From Paraspadella gotoi (lineage: Eukaryota > Animalia > Chaetognatha), in NCBI GenBank assembly GCA_051294375.1, contig CM119263.1:16222532-16286531 (forward strand): 64,000 nucleotides of DNA, given 5' to 3'. Below, piece after piece: positions 43,601-56,600 of the stretch. Below the pieces are notes generated by a model. The model ran no database searches and was not told the origin of the DNA. It was given only the letters and a program-made list of their open reading frames with translations. Within the stretch, counting starts at the first letter, position 1. Each line of letters opens with the position of its first letter. The position numbers were made by a program, and so were the translations under genes.

Positions 43601-44568
43601 GAAAAAAAAATTTTAGGTTTTTTTGGCCCCTCACTGAGGGGCCCTCAGGGGTCCACCCCCAGGGCCCAATATCTCTTATCAGGGGTTGAATATTAAAATT
43701 CGCCTCGATAGTTCCATTTATATCGTCATTAAGAGTTTTTAAGACTCTAAATGTAAAATTTCATGAAATTCGATCAGGTAGTTTGGTAGGAACAGATTCT
43801 GGTCACAAAAAATGGATACCACATTTTATAATATGAAGCCTTCTGTAGTATTTTTCTTAAAAACAGATTTACATCAGTAAGATATATCAGTATGTAATAA
43901 ATCATTTAAACTTTGGTATCGCAGACAAACAAATCCCCTTCCCCGGCGTGTCTATTTTCCTCGATTTCGTTTCCCCGGAGGAGGAGAGTCGTCTCGCCGC
44001 CGAGATCGACTGCCGTCCCTGGGTCAATTCTCAATCCGGCCGTCGAAAACAAGACTACGGCCCCAAAGCGAATTTCAAGAAACGCAAGGTCAAAGTGGAA
44101 GCCTTTGAGGGATTTCCGCCTTACTCCGAACATCTCGTTAATCTTTTCTCGACCACTTCCGGACTTAAGGACTTTTGTCCTGTTGAACAGTGCAATCTTG
44201 ACTACGATCCGACTCGAGGTTCGGCCATCGACCCGCACTTCGACGATCGATGGTTGTGGGGCGAGAGGCTGGTCACCTTGAGCCTCCTGGAACTCACTTT
44301 TTTGACGATGTCTTCGGCGACGGTATCGCACCTCGTGCATTTACCCATGCCCCGCAGATCGTTAATTGTGTTGCGCGGGCCGGCCCGACACGAGTGGATG
44401 CACGAGATTCGGCACTGCGACGTCGTAGAGAGAAGGATTGCTCTCACCTTTCGGGAACTGGCCAAGGAATTCTTGCCCGGAGGCGACGAAGAGATAGCCG
44501 GCGCCAAACTTCTCGCGAAGGCCGAGAGATTCGACGGTCTCTCCCTCGGCGAAAAAATGATTCAATAA
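37692..44568 (+). CDS. ALKBH4: Fe(II)/2-oxoglutarate dioxygenase ALKBH4
   Basis: Exons 37692-37884 and 43925-44568 (phase-1 join across a 6-kb intron). CGCKGIR.CLLC, FPGV, SQSGRRKQDYGPK.NFKK, PVEQCNLDY...RGSAIDPHFDD.WLWGERLV, PRRSL, W.H.I, RRIALTFREL. Confidence 0.93.
38891..39500. mobile_element. Non-autonomous hAT-type element nested in the DIRS-type element
   Basis: TIR TAAGGCGTAGT / ACTACGCCTTA; 8-bp TSD TTGCCCAG at 38883-38890 and 39501-39508. A related right end occurs at ~60405-60422. Confidence 0.88.
39619..40876 (+). CDS. Putative spliced 276-aa ORF of the DIRS-type element (Pro-rich and coiled-coil N-terminus, methyltransferase-like C-terminus)
   Basis: Exon 39619-39806 (donor CG|GTGAGT) joins in phase 2 to 40234-40876 (acceptor TTTGTACGCCAG), reading ...SELESLRR-DLESR...; the C-terminal part resembles the DIRS MT domain (WDVFSAN, FRPP, LVVDAAP, DWF..SHPPLL, AWRFTG). 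Confidence 0.5.
43114..43845. mobile_element. Tc1/mariner-type MITE
   Basis: ~50-bp TIR CAGAAGGCTTCATATTATAAAATGTGGTA..TTTTTGTGACCAGAA, flanked by TA on both sides; an inverted second copy lies at 56556-57276. Confidence 0.88.
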
Positions 44569-44708
44569 ATGTTAATTTCCTTCTGGTTTTTGTGCAATTT
44601 TTCTCAGATTTTTTCTTGCTGGGAAAAACGACGCTGTTCATCATGTAGATGAGTTTTTCCTGTGTTTGGAACTGTAAGAAAACCGCGAGATTTTTGACTG
44701 CCAAAAAG

Positions 44709-47700
44709 ATGGAAGAGGGTGATGTGAATGGTTGCGATATCGGAACTGGTTGTGGTGGGGTTGCCAATCACATCCTACGGGGAGCCAGCTGCTCCCGACG
44801 AACTCAACGACGTGTCCATTTTCGGGAAGCTGAGCCAACTGTAAAACGGCTTTACAAACACTATGTTGATCCACCCCATAGCGCCGGTCGCTACCAAAAA
44901 TATTGGGTGGCGTTGCGCCCTTGGTCTTTTAGCGCCTCTCTGATTCCTGTTCTACTCGGAACGGCGTTGGGTAAGCTGTACTATTTTATTAAATATAAGC
45001 CTCAGGCTTTCTCCAACGTCTTCATTCGAACTAAAATTACTTTTATCGGTTATACAACTTCATTCTGCTCATAGCCTATAAGGCCCACGGCACATTCGAT
45101 CCCACCGTCCTCATCCTTTCGTCCCTCACCGCCTTTTTCGTGCATGGTGCCGGGAATCTCGTCAACACTTACTACGACTACTTCAAGGGCATAGACAAGG
45201 CTGAGGGGGGTTGGGTTTGCGAAGATCGGACGCTCGTCGATCACCTCCTCACTCCCACGCAGGTTGCTGAAGAAGGAAGAGGTTTTGACTTTGACATTGT
45301 TTCGCTGTCAGAATAATCATATTGTTCCGCTTTTTTCAGGTTAGCTACTATGGGGTCACTCTGTACGCATTAGGTACAATCGCCTTTCTAGCTCTGGGGG
45401 TCTGTTCTCCTGCGCCCATGACTCAACTTGCGGTCGTCTACTTTGGGGGGTTGTCATCCAGGTGAGTTGATAATAACAAAGATTTTTACAGAGTGTCTCA
45501 AGAACTACTGGAAAGATAAGTTCATAGTTTTTTTGCGGTATTTCCATTATCATGTTTATTTGTATTTTTGTTGTCACAATGCAAAGTTCAAATGTTTGGT
45601 TTATGGTAGACTAAAATCCACCAACCGTTCATCAGCGGCCATTGGTGCCGGAGGCAAGTCATTCGCCTCCCAACCCAAAGGTCCGGGGTTCTAGCCCGGT
45701 CCTAGCAGTTAAGAGGGACGGTGCGCTAAACCCGCCTGTAACACGGTGTAACAGCCTGATCCGAGCTCAGGGACTGCTTACATTGAACGGTTCTGTCACA
45801 ATTATCTCCGTCTTCTCAGGTTTGACAATTGATCAAAAAAATTTAAAGTTGTTAAATTTTTAAAGTTGTCCTGCTTTTGGTAAAAAAAAATTTGTTACAT
45901 TATAGTAGGCCACTATGTTTATTGAGCCCTTGCCTAAAATTTTTGTAGAATACGAATAATTGATGATGATGATGATAATGATTTCAGAAGAGAAGATGCA
46001 AAGAACGATTATTGTAAAGTAAATTTGCTTTCATGGACGCTCATTAAGTTTACCTTAGGGAAGCTGTGAAATGCTACATATTTAATATGCTATTCTTTAG
46101 CATATAATATGAGATGCATATAGTATATTTTACTACTAATTATTTTTCAGCATTCTGCAGCACATAAGCATTGCTAATATAATTGGCTTTGTTAAACCAG
46201 TTTCATATCTGTAATATTTTTTAGATTAAAACCCATCAAATACTCTTAAATCCAGAAGGAAAGGCGACATATTATTATCTAACCAAGTAGCTGAAAAAAA
46301 ACCCTTTGGGTATTTGGAAAGATTTGAATTTTCCAAAATTGATAAAAAGTTATTTCCGACATTTACTTTGAGTACAGTAAATGCATTTTTTATAACTCTA
46401 CAAATGAATACAGTGAATCAGTAAAATGACAGTACGCTTAAGACACTCTGTTTCTCGCCAGATGGGCTAAAGCCCGACTTGGGCGAGATGTAGGATCGCT
46501 TCTGCTTCTTTGTGACCGTCGTCGTCGTCACGCTTTTTTACCATTGGAAATTGTAAAAGTGTGTAAGCATAGGAAGCTAAAATTTTAGATATAGCTTCTA
46601 ATCAGCAAGATCTTTTAGATTCACGTTTCATATTGCTACACGCATTTGTTTGTTTTATTAACAAAATAATTTTTATATATATAAATGAGTTCAGCTCTGG
46701 AGCGACTGTCCAGCTTCTTTTTTTTTCTCTCTCTCTCTCCTTTTTTCTCTCTTTCTCTCTCTCACTCACACGCATTTGTTTTATTTACTGACTCATCTCG
46801 TTAATAAATGGCTATCATCGCATCAATGAATGATTATCATCGCATCCATCATTTGGTTATCATCCCATCAATATTTGCTTATCATCGCCTTAATATTTTG
46901 TTATCACCTCATCAATAATTGGTTATCATTACATCAATCAATTACTATTACATCGTTTTTTTTTTCGGATTTTTTCATTAATTTCTTTGGCGAGATCACT
47001 ATACTCCACTATACGTCCAAGATTTTTAGTCAGATCTGCTTTTCAGCAGATCCCGACTCTATAACTCACTTTGTCGGTTCGTCGGTCCGCCCCCTCAATC
47101 TTGACGGGCATTCACTTATATCATGTCAGAATATCGAATTATGATAAATTATGCAAAAAAAAAAGATGTCCGTCCGTACGTCTGTCCGTCCGTCCCACCT
47201 TAGCAAAAAAGTTCAATTACTCGTTATTGGATGGATGGATTGCAATGAAATTTTGTGTGCGAGTGGAAATGAGTTTAAATGGAAAAAAAAATCTATTTCA
47301 CTATTTGAACGCCAATTATTCATGAGTGGGCGGGGCGATTGACTTGAAATTTTGTATGTGGTTAAGCTGGAAATCAAGTGGAAATGAGTTTAAATGGAGA
47401 AAACAAAAAACCTGTTTACGAATTGATTATGCTTTTTTTTCTTTTTATATTAAATGTATTAATCAAATAATTAATCATAATAATTACGATAAATTATGCA
47501 AAAAAACGATGTCCGTCCGTTGGTCTGTAGGTCCGTCCGTCCTCCCTTAGCAAAAAACTCCAATTACTCGTGATTGGATGGTTGGATCGTTGTGTGTGGG
47601 TAGGAAAGTGTCTGACAAAGCTGGATATAAAGTTTTAATGGAATAGTGCGAGTGGAAATGAGTTTAAATGGAAAAAAACATAAGTCACATTTACTTGAAT

Positions 47701-48808
47701 CTTTTTACTAATTTTAACCCATAATTACTCGAATTATTCATAATTGGATTGATAGAAACTTTATATTCTGCTCAATCAGAAATCACAAACTCATTCTATG
47801 GAATCGAGTAGTGGAAATGAGTTTGTATGAAAAAACCAAAGTCAAGTTTACTTTAATTTTTATTATTTATGCTTAGCATCATTTTTTCAATTGAAAATTT
47901 TTTAATTAAAACATGAGTATTTGAAAAAAGGATGCAAGTGGAAAAATTTGATGCAAGTTGAAGAAATAATAATAGTTACAAAGATTATTTGTTTGAACCA
48001 TAGTAACAATTCAGTTTAATCCCTTGCAAGCGATTTACATGTATTGGCGCAGTCATTGGTTTGGTATGGTACGATCTGTTATGATCAGTTAGGATCACAA
48101 ATTGAAAGAATTATCGTCATTTATCATCTGATTAGCTGATTATCTCTTAATTATCGTAGGCAGATTCGACATTGTTTGCTTAAACTTGGTTTGACATTCA
48201 CTCTCTTCGTTTTTTCATTGACACAGCTTTATGTACACTGGAGGCGTGGGACTCAAGTACATTGCCCTCGGTGATCTTGCAATCATACTTGCCTTCGGCC
48301 CTCTCACAGTATTCTTTTCCTTCGTCGCTCAGTCGGGAGCCTTCTCCTTTTTCCCTCTCATCTACGCATTGCCCCTCGCCCTTCATACGGAAGCAATTCT
48401 TCATTCCAATAACGCTCGCGATGCCGACAGCGACGCCGCCGCCGGGATCGTCACTCTTGCTATACTTATAGGTCTCGACAGATTCCGGAAAATCTTGTTC
48501 GACAAATTATGTAACGTTTGCGCACCTTTTTTATAGGCAAAACTGGATCATACTTCCTCTTCTCAATTCTCGTTTTCACCCCATACGCGGCCTTTTTTGT
48601 CCTTGGCTGTTGCCGCAGTCCATGGCTGCTGTTTCCGCTCGTCTCCCTGCCCAAGGCATTGGAACTTGAGAAACGCTTTAAAGAGGGCCTTTTGATTGGA
48701 CTTCCTCAGAGGACGGCCAAGTTGAACCTGTTCTGCGGACTTTTCTACGTTCTCTCCATTCTCATGTGCTTGCCAGAAAATCTTCCTGGCTCCCCGAACA
48801 TAAGTTAG
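44709..48808 (+). CDS. UBIAD1: UbiA prenyltransferase domain-containing protein 1
   Basis: Exons 44709-44970, 45075-45262, 45340-45461, 48227-48471, 48537-48808. [86 protein letters not shown]. Confidence 0.95.
45635..45815 (+). mobile_element. tRNA-derived SINE
   Basis: tRNA-like head with A-box-like TGGTGCCGGAGG and B-box-like GGTTCTAGCCC, then a unique body; the 3' tail ACTGCTTA.ATTGAACGGTTCTGTCAC recurs at ~50005-50056. Confidence 0.6.
46451..47025 (+). mobile_element. Helentron-derived element, family B
   Basis: 5' hairpin CTCGCCAGATGGGCTAAAGCCCGACTTGGGCGAG; 3' subterminal repeat GGCGAGATCACTATACT...AAGATTTTT. Relatives at ~1160-3300 (host of the Penelope insertion) and ~52418-53520. 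Confidence 0.6.
47024..48192 (+). mobile_element. Helentron-derived element, family A
   Basis: 5' AGTCAGATCTGC-TTTTC-AGCAGATCCCGACT hairpin, GTCC microsatellite, internal duplication, 3' GCAGATTCGAC-ATTGTTTGCTTAAAC-TTGGTTT. Confidence 0.7.
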
Positions 48809-49035
48809 TGCGTGAACGTCGAGACTGCGGGAGTGATTTTTTTTTATTTCGTGGACGTAGCATCGATTCTCTCTAACCGAAATATGGCTTTAGATACAAA
48901 TGGCAAATGGCTGATAGCTAAATTTTATTTATTTCAGAGATATGCAAAAAAGAATAACGATTTCATTAAAATTCCTATAAATCATGGCATTCTAAGGAAG
49001 AATTGGTCTAGCGTGTAACTTTCAATATTGAGAAA

Positions 49036-51293
49036 ATGGAATCCATCAAAGACGATAGATTAAAAGCGATCGTTGAAGCCGTCGACAGAATCGCCGACGA
49101 AGGAAAGGATCTTTTGTTGATTTACGACGTTGAATCCTCGCTTCAGGTATACTCGCACTGTTGTGACCGATAATAGATCATTGTGAAAGTTTTTTTCGAC
49201 TACAGAAAGCTGGAAGTAAACTCTTAGTGGACGCCTTCGAAATTCTTTTGGCGTCATTTCAGTCTCTTTTGGCCGAGACCAGGACCAATCGTCTTAAATC
49301 TCGATCAATACCCTCGTCGCCGGTGCGCTCCCTTGGTGTCTTCAAAAATGATCCGGTCGAGTTCGATGCTTCAAGGAGCGAGGATCGAATGCAATATGTG
49401 CTCCACGACAATGACGTTGCCAAATCGGTTGATCTGAATTTAAGACCTCGCGAAGACATAGAAACGTCTGAGCTTTATGAACCAACCGATTTAGCCAAAC
49501 CACTCTTGCGTACGGAAGAAATTCCTAACCCCTTCATAGAACACAATGAACAATCCTGGCCGTCCCATCAGTTATCGGGGAGCCGTTCTAAAGCGAACTC
49601 AAGGAATAAGTCGCGACTGCTTTCGACCTATCGTAGCTCTTTCGTTTGCGCTACTTGTGGACGAGCGTTTCGCACCAAGTGCGCCATCACTGTTCACGAA
49701 CGTACTCACACAGGATTTAAGCCTTTCGTGTGCGATATTTGCGGAAAAGGGTGCGTTTAACAAAATTGATGACTGATGAGTTATGGTTATTGTAAATTAC
49801 TTACCCCCTGAAATTGTACATTTTTATCATACAACATACATACATAAGTCTTATATATTGTTAAATATCAAAATGCTTCCATGTATGAGGAAAATTAATT
49901 TAATCAAAATCTAATATCATAACTCAATTTGGTTGTAAAATAACTAAAGACTTTTATTGAAGAATTTTTCATATTTTAAAAAATGTTATATTCTGGCCCG
50001 TCTTACTGCTTATATTGAACGGTTCTGTCACTAACTAATAACAATTATCACCGTCCCTTCAATGTTGATTTTTTTAAAATCGAGATTCTCGTCTACCACC
50101 GGATTTATAAATTTGTAAGTGGCAGTCAGAATCGGCGAAAATACTAAAAGGCAATCATGTTGAAAAATAAGGGGGAAATTTTTTAGTTTTCTCCGCGATG
50201 AGAGGTTCAATTAAAACGATATTTAGGATTTACAATATTGGCGTCATTCCACATCTTAGGATCTGAGAATATACAAAAACTACCATTGGCTTCATCTTTT
50301 ATAGTCATTTTATCATTGGCGCAGTCACTGATTTAGAATTTTGTCTAATTCTATTTTTTTTTGCTTGAACTTTTTAAAGGTTCGGGGTTAAAAGCAATTT
50401 AAACGTTCATCGGACGAGACACTCATTGGAAAAGCCGTTCAGCTGTGAAACTTGCGGGAAAACTTTCACGAGAAAAATGGGCTTGAGAGAGCACCAAAGG
50501 GTTCACACTGGCGAAAAACCGTACAAGTCAATAGATCTTCATTCTTAAGATATTGTTAACTTTTTTTTAAAAAAATCTATGCTGTTTTCAGGTGCGAAAC
50601 GTGTCCAGCCGCATTCGCCGTTGTCCAAAACCTCAAGGTTCATAGAGCGATGCACGAAGGACTCCGACCTTTTCAGTGCGATCAATGCGGACGTAACTTT
50701 CCGCGGAAAGCCAATCTTGTCATTCACGAACGCTCTCACTCTAAGGATAAGCCATTCTTCTGCCCCATCTGCCCCAAGCGATTTAGCCAAGCTTCTTGTC
50801 TCAAACGCCATCAAAAGGCAGGCGCGCTCTGGAAAATTTTGTTAAAAAATAAATGAAAAAGATGTTCAATGTGTCTCAAAATAAATTTAATCAGGTGCAC
50901 AATGGACAGAAACCTTGCTTCAAATGCGAATGTTGCGGCAAAGCATTTTCTACCAAACATTACCTCACCATTCACGAACGCACTCACACGGGGGAACGAC
51001 CGTATCACTGCCGTCATGACGGATGCGAATCATCTTTCAATCAGAAAAGATACCTTGACCTCCACCAACGGCTCCACTTCTCTTCGGACAGGAGGCGGGC
51101 GATCAATCGGTCGTCCGAAGACAACTGTGGTAATAACTTGGACATTGTTATGATTCTTTCTTTTCGTTGTGTTTTTAATTTAGAAAAAAGTTTTACTGTG
51201 CAACAACGATTTTTATTATTATATAGATCGGACAAGTTTCGATCGCTGAAGAAGACTCTTAATACAGAGTCGAAACTTGTCCGATCTATATAA
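49036..51293 (+). CDS. C2H2 zinc-finger protein (about 8 fingers)
   Basis: Exons 49036-49146, 49206-49750, 50380-50526, 50592-50817 (GC donor), 50895-51293 (possible 54-nt in-frame intron 51130-51183). Repeated CxxC...HxxxH with TGEKP-like linkers. The 3' end is uncertain because the frame runs into a Penelope remnant. Confidence 0.85.
51242..51285 (+). ncRNA. Minimal type I hammerhead ribozyme (second PLE family)
   Basis: ATCG-CTGAAGA-A-GACTCT-TAATAC-AGAGTC-GAA-ACTTGT-C-CGAT: perfect 4-bp stem I and 6-bp stem II, GUC triplet ending at 51281; preceded by a 26-nt inverted copy of its own 3' half. Confidence 0.8.
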
Positions 51294-51297
51294 TATT

Positions 51298-51725
51298 AAA
51301 CAAGTTTGAGCAAACAATGTCGGATCTGCCCACGATCATTATCGGTAATTAATTAATTAATAATTAAATTATTAATTAGGCAATTAATTAATTTGATCCA
51401 AAATGTTTGTTTTTAGGTCTTTTCGTCACTAACTACAACAAAAGCAATGACGACGATGAGATTAATGCCGATAACGATTGCCTTGATTGATTGACTGATT
51501 AATTAATTATTGATTAATTAATTGACTAATTGATTAATTATTTGATTAATTAATACATCCTGCATTTATATTTAATATAAAAGGAAAATCGTTTTTTTTT
51601 TTTTTTTTTTGCATTATCCTAATTCGATATTCTGACATGATATATGTGGTTGCCCGACAATATTGAGGGGGCGGTCCGACGGACCGACAAAGTGAATTGT
51701 AGAGTCGGGATCTGCTTATAAGCTT
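51298..51725 (-). mobile_element. Helentron-derived element, family A (internally shortened)
   Basis: Same AACAAGTTTGAGCAAACAATGTCGGATCTGCC end and GAGTCGGGATCTGC end as 17279-18205. Confidence 0.7.
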
Positions 51726-52461
51726 ATAATTGTAAAAATTTTTCAAATATTTTTTTAGTGAAGCAGATTCAGTGATGAATTTTACTTCTTAAATAAATTG
51801 AAAATATTTATAATAAATAATTAATAATAATAATTTTTTTTATTTTTAATTTATTATTTATTTAAACTATAATTAATTTATAATATTATATAAATTATAA
51901 AAATAATCTTATTTTATTTTGATGGAGTTGGTGCCTTGCATTTTTATTTTGGCTATGGCTCCAGCTCCGACCAAATAAAAATTCTGGCTCCGACTCCAGT
52001 TCCGAATCCGGCAACAAAGCTCGGCTGCGGCTTCGGCTCCTTGGACAGAAGGCTTGAGTTGGAGGAGAGGCTCGCGTTAGTTGGGGGAGAGGCACGCGGG
52101 TGAAGCTAGGGTTAGGGTTCCGGCTCAGCCCTCGGGTTATAGTTAGGGCTGTGGAAATGGCTCGCTGGAGATGACGTTAGCCAGGGTTAGGGCCGCTCAG
52201 GCCCACTCAAGCCGTCGGCGTCTGTGGCTCTTCGGCTCGTCAGTAAATTTAAACTCGTTTACATCTTTTTATCCAGAGTCTACACAATCACTCGATCCGA
52301 CCACCGTCCAGAGCAGCGTCTTGCCCACAGATACCTTTGGCGATTAACTTTTACTATTTTTTGTATTCGGACTTTTGCCTACTTTGAACGCTTTTTTTAA
52401 AAATTCGGATTAATAGTTTTATCTCGCCAGACGGCCTAGGGTGTATTAAGGTGTACATTAA

Positions 52462-53040
52462 GGCGGAACAGGTTATAAACTAACTGAAGTCCAGTATAAA
52501 TATTGTTAGTGTTTATTAAAGATCGTGAAAATAAAAAAAAATAGATTTATCTCACAGTTAAATGCATGGAAATTATTTTATATTATCAAAATATTATATA
52601 ATGTTAACATTTTTTGTAATAAATTTTAATTTTTTTTAACGGATTCTGATAGAGCTTAAAAAGTTAGATGAAGGTTATTATTATAACTTTTTAAAATTTT
52701 AATGACTTATTTATGAAAATTAAAAAAAATTATAAAATTTAATGAATGATGATGATTTTTTAAGGTTTTTTTAATTTTAGCCCATTTATCAATAAAATTT
52801 GTAGTATTATCCTTTATCTAATTTTTTAAACTTTATCAGAATCTATTTTTAAAAGTTAAAATTTTTTAAAACAATTTTTAAACATTGTTTATATATTGTT
52901 AAATATTAAAATGCTTCCATGCATGAGGAAAATTAATTTAATCAAAATCTAACATCATACATCAATTTGGTTATAAAATGATAAAAAACTTTTATTGCAG
53001 ATTTTTTTATGTTATAAAAAATTTTTAATTCTGGCCCGCT
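52462..53040. mobile_element. Fold-back non-autonomous DNA element, possibly Kolobok-like
   Basis: TTAA-GGCGGAACAG ... CTGGCCCGCT-TTAG termini with degenerate internal inverted symmetry; the right arm is repeated at ~49855-50005. Confidence 0.35.
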
Positions 53041-53637
53041 TTAGTAACCATAGGAAGCTAAAAATTTAGATATAGCTTCTAATCAGCAAGATCTTTTAGA
53101 TTCATATGTTTCATATTGTTATTGTTTATTTATAAAATAATTTTTATATATATAAACTAGTTCAGCTTTGTAGCCGCTATCCAGCGGCTGTCCATTTTCT
53201 CTCTATCTCGCATCAATCATTTGGTTATCATCGCATTAATTATTGGTTATCATCGCATCAATATTTGGTTATCATCGCATCAATATTTGGATATCAATCA
53301 ATTACTATTACATCAATCAATCAATTACTATTACATCAATCAATCAATTACAATTACATCAATCAGTCAATTACTATTATATCAATCAATTATTATTACA
53401 TCAATCATTATTACATCAATAATTCGTTATCGCATCAATCATTCGGTTTTTTTTCCGATTTTTTCATTAATTTTCTTTGATAGTAACGTCTGGCGAGATC
53501 ACTATACTTTAAGATTTTTTATATCCTGTTCATTTTGAAGTGTGAATTGTGCACGGATTTTTATTTTATACAGATTTCTTTCGATATATTTCAAAAATCC
53601 AGATGAAGTAGTCTTTTCACTAATCAAACTATTGACC

Positions 53638-56600
53638 ATGTGGTTTGAAATTCTGCCTCCGGCTGCCATCATATTGGGATCCGTTGCTATTCCACCTCTC
53701 ATCGGTTATTATATCATAAATCCTTTGGTTTTCAATGGTCGTCGAAGGTGCGTGGATTGGGACCCGGATCTACGTTACAAGCGTGAATTCTATATCCATA
53801 TGCGGGATCTGCGGTAATAATTATAAATATGTATTAATAAGTAGTTACAGGCTCTGATTGATTTGGTGTTTTTCTACGGGAACATCCATGTACTAATATT
53901 TTTCTACCATGTTAGAAAATGAAATTAGCTCAGAGATTTCTTACAACTTCTTATACAATTTAAAAAAAATAAAAAAACTATAGTTAGCGGTATCCGACCA
54001 AATTCAAATTTTAATGGGAACAGCATTAAACTAATCCATTTTTGGTATTAATTGTGTTAAAATATTTTTTTGCAAAAATGTTCCGAACCATAAGTAATTC
54101 GCTAATTAATAATATTATATTGCTATATAATGTAAATTTTTTTTTATTTTAAGTTTTTTAATTGATTCTGATAGAGCTTAAAAGTTAAGCAAAAAATATA
54201 ATTACAACTTTTTTAAAATTTTGATGATGATGATGATGATTTTTAAGGTTTTTCCCAATTTTAACCCACTTATTAGAGCTCCCAGAAATACCATGCATTT
54301 TTGAAAGTTCCTGATACCTGCAAAGTTTTTTGTGCCAAATTTAGTGGAGAAAACGAATATCACAATAAAAAATTTCCCCAAATGCTCTTGATGGATTTTC
54401 CACGCCAGTTTTTGCGTCGTAACACTTCCGGTTTTAAAAATTCAAAATTTTTGGAAAAAAATGAGCTGTTATTCAGCAGCATACTTAAATTAATCAAAAT
54501 AAAATTATTAATAACCTTAATACTCAATTTATTGTTGTGGTTTATAAATAAGGTTAAAAAATTATTATTACAAAAGACTTTAGGAGAAAAAACAAATTGT
54601 TTTTATCAACGAATAGTATTATTGGTAAGTTGATAAAAACAAAATTGTTTTTTCTCCTAAATTTCAAAACGCAACGAAATTGATAGTTTATACACAATGT
54701 CTACAAAAGACTTAAAATTAAAAATTATTAGTTTTTTTAAGCCAAATCGTCCCTGACCAAACTCTAATAAGATTTTATAAGAAAGTATGATTTGGTTATA
54801 CAAATAGAACTCTCTAAGGGATTTTAAATATTAAATATCCTTAAGCCAAGATATTGGCCTTTAAAGGTTTGCCAAATGATGCAAAAAGAAAGTAGCTAAT
54901 TAGATAAAAGGCGCTTTGGCCTTTGTGGCTAGCAAGCCTCCCACTCAACCTTAACCCTTAACCTCTCCCCCAACCTAAACCTTAGCCCAGGCCTTTTATT
55001 CATTTGCAAGCCTCAACCCTGATCTTAATGTCCCAGGTACAAGCTAGTACAAGCTAACAGCAAAATTATCATTTGGCCAGGTTGCCATGATTAAGTGCAA
55101 TTTGGACCAGCTCATAAAAGGATAAGAAGCTTGGGTTAAGGTTAGGGAAGCTACTGGGGAAGGAAATTAAAGATTAAAGTTTAGCCTTATTGATGGCCAG
55201 GAGGCAGGGAAGCCTCAGTTGAGGCTCAGAGGTGAACCTCAGGCTGAGGTAAGGGTTGGTGGATAGTCTTTTAAGTGATGCAGGGTTAGGGTTCTGGCAT
55301 GATGTAAAACAGGAGGCCTAGGTTAGGGTTAGGGCTAAGGAAGTGGCTCTCTGCAGATGTTACCAGCCAGGGAAACTGGTAAGAGTTTGGATCAGGGACT
55401 GGTTTTGGGTTAAGGTTCAGCAGGAAGTACACTAGCTTGGGTTAAGGTTAGGGGAAAGGTTGCTCGGGTTAAGATTCAGACTTGGGGTAAGACAAGAAGT
55501 TCACGTTAAGGTTAGGGCGAGGGTTAGGTTAGATATCCCAAGCTAGGGAAACTGATTAAGATTAAAAGTTTGTTTAGGGCCCGGTTTAGGGTTAGGGTTG
55601 AGTGAGAGGCTTGCTAGCTGCAAAGGCCAAGTCGCCTTCCATCTTATTCGCTACTTTATTTTTGCATCACTTGGTAAACTTTTTAAAGGTCAAAATCTTG
55701 GTTTAAAGATTAAAGATTTAAAATACCTTTGACAGTTCTATTTGTTTAACCAGATAGTAAAATTTTATTAAAATTAGTGGAGTAGTTTGATTAGGGCCAA
55801 TTTGGCTTAAAAAAATTATGAATTTTTAACTTGAAGCCTTTTGTAATTATATTTTTATAACCTAATTTATAAACCAAAACAAAAAATATAATATTAAGGT
55901 TATTGTTAACTTTATTTTGATTAATTTAAGTATGCTGGCTGAATAACAGCTCATTTTTTCCCAAAAATTTTGAATTTTTAAAACCGGAAGTGGTTCGACG
56001 CAAAAACTAGCGTGGAAAATCCATAATGAGCATCCAGAAAATTTTTTATTGTGATTTTCGTTTTCTCCACTAAATTTGACACAAGAAACTTTGCAGGTAT
56101 CAGGAACTTTCATAAATGTATGATATTTTGGGAGGTCTACCACTTATCATCAAAATATTTAAAAAAGAATTATACTTTGTGTAGATAACTTTTCATAAGC
56201 TATCTGAATCTGCTTTTAAAAATACAAAATTCAAAAAAAAATTTTGACATTTTGGTATTAATTACTAATTCTTCTAGCCATTTTAGAAAATTTTGGTCCA
56301 TTGAAAGTTTTCTTAGAAATGTATGAAGTTTCATTTGGAAAGGTTCTAACCCACCCCACTGACAAAGTTTGGCTCTACTATCGTATTTAAAGTTTTTTAT
56401 TGTCGCAATCGCTTTCGACGATCTTGTGACGATCGTCCCCATAAATGTCGTTGACGTCGTTATACTTATAGTCGGCGTTCCAAATAATAGATCGACTCTT
56501 AATATTTCTATTATTTGTATGAAGCTGAAAATTTAGATATATATATATATATATACAGAAGGCGTCATATTATCAAATGTAGTACCCCTTTTTTGTGACC

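Noticed and set aside
45635-45707. Possible tRNA gene
   Set aside because: Acceptor and anticodon stems do not pair properly and the sequence continues into a repeated tail; better explained as a SINE head.
55100-55600. True telomere or chromosome-fusion site
   Set aside because: Repeats are short, degenerate and enclosed in a TSD-flanked transposon within an intron.
54301-56143. Pair of similar ORFs on opposite strands (54301-54633 and 55862-56143)
   Set aside because: Products of the inverted arms of the fold-back element; no transposase motifs.
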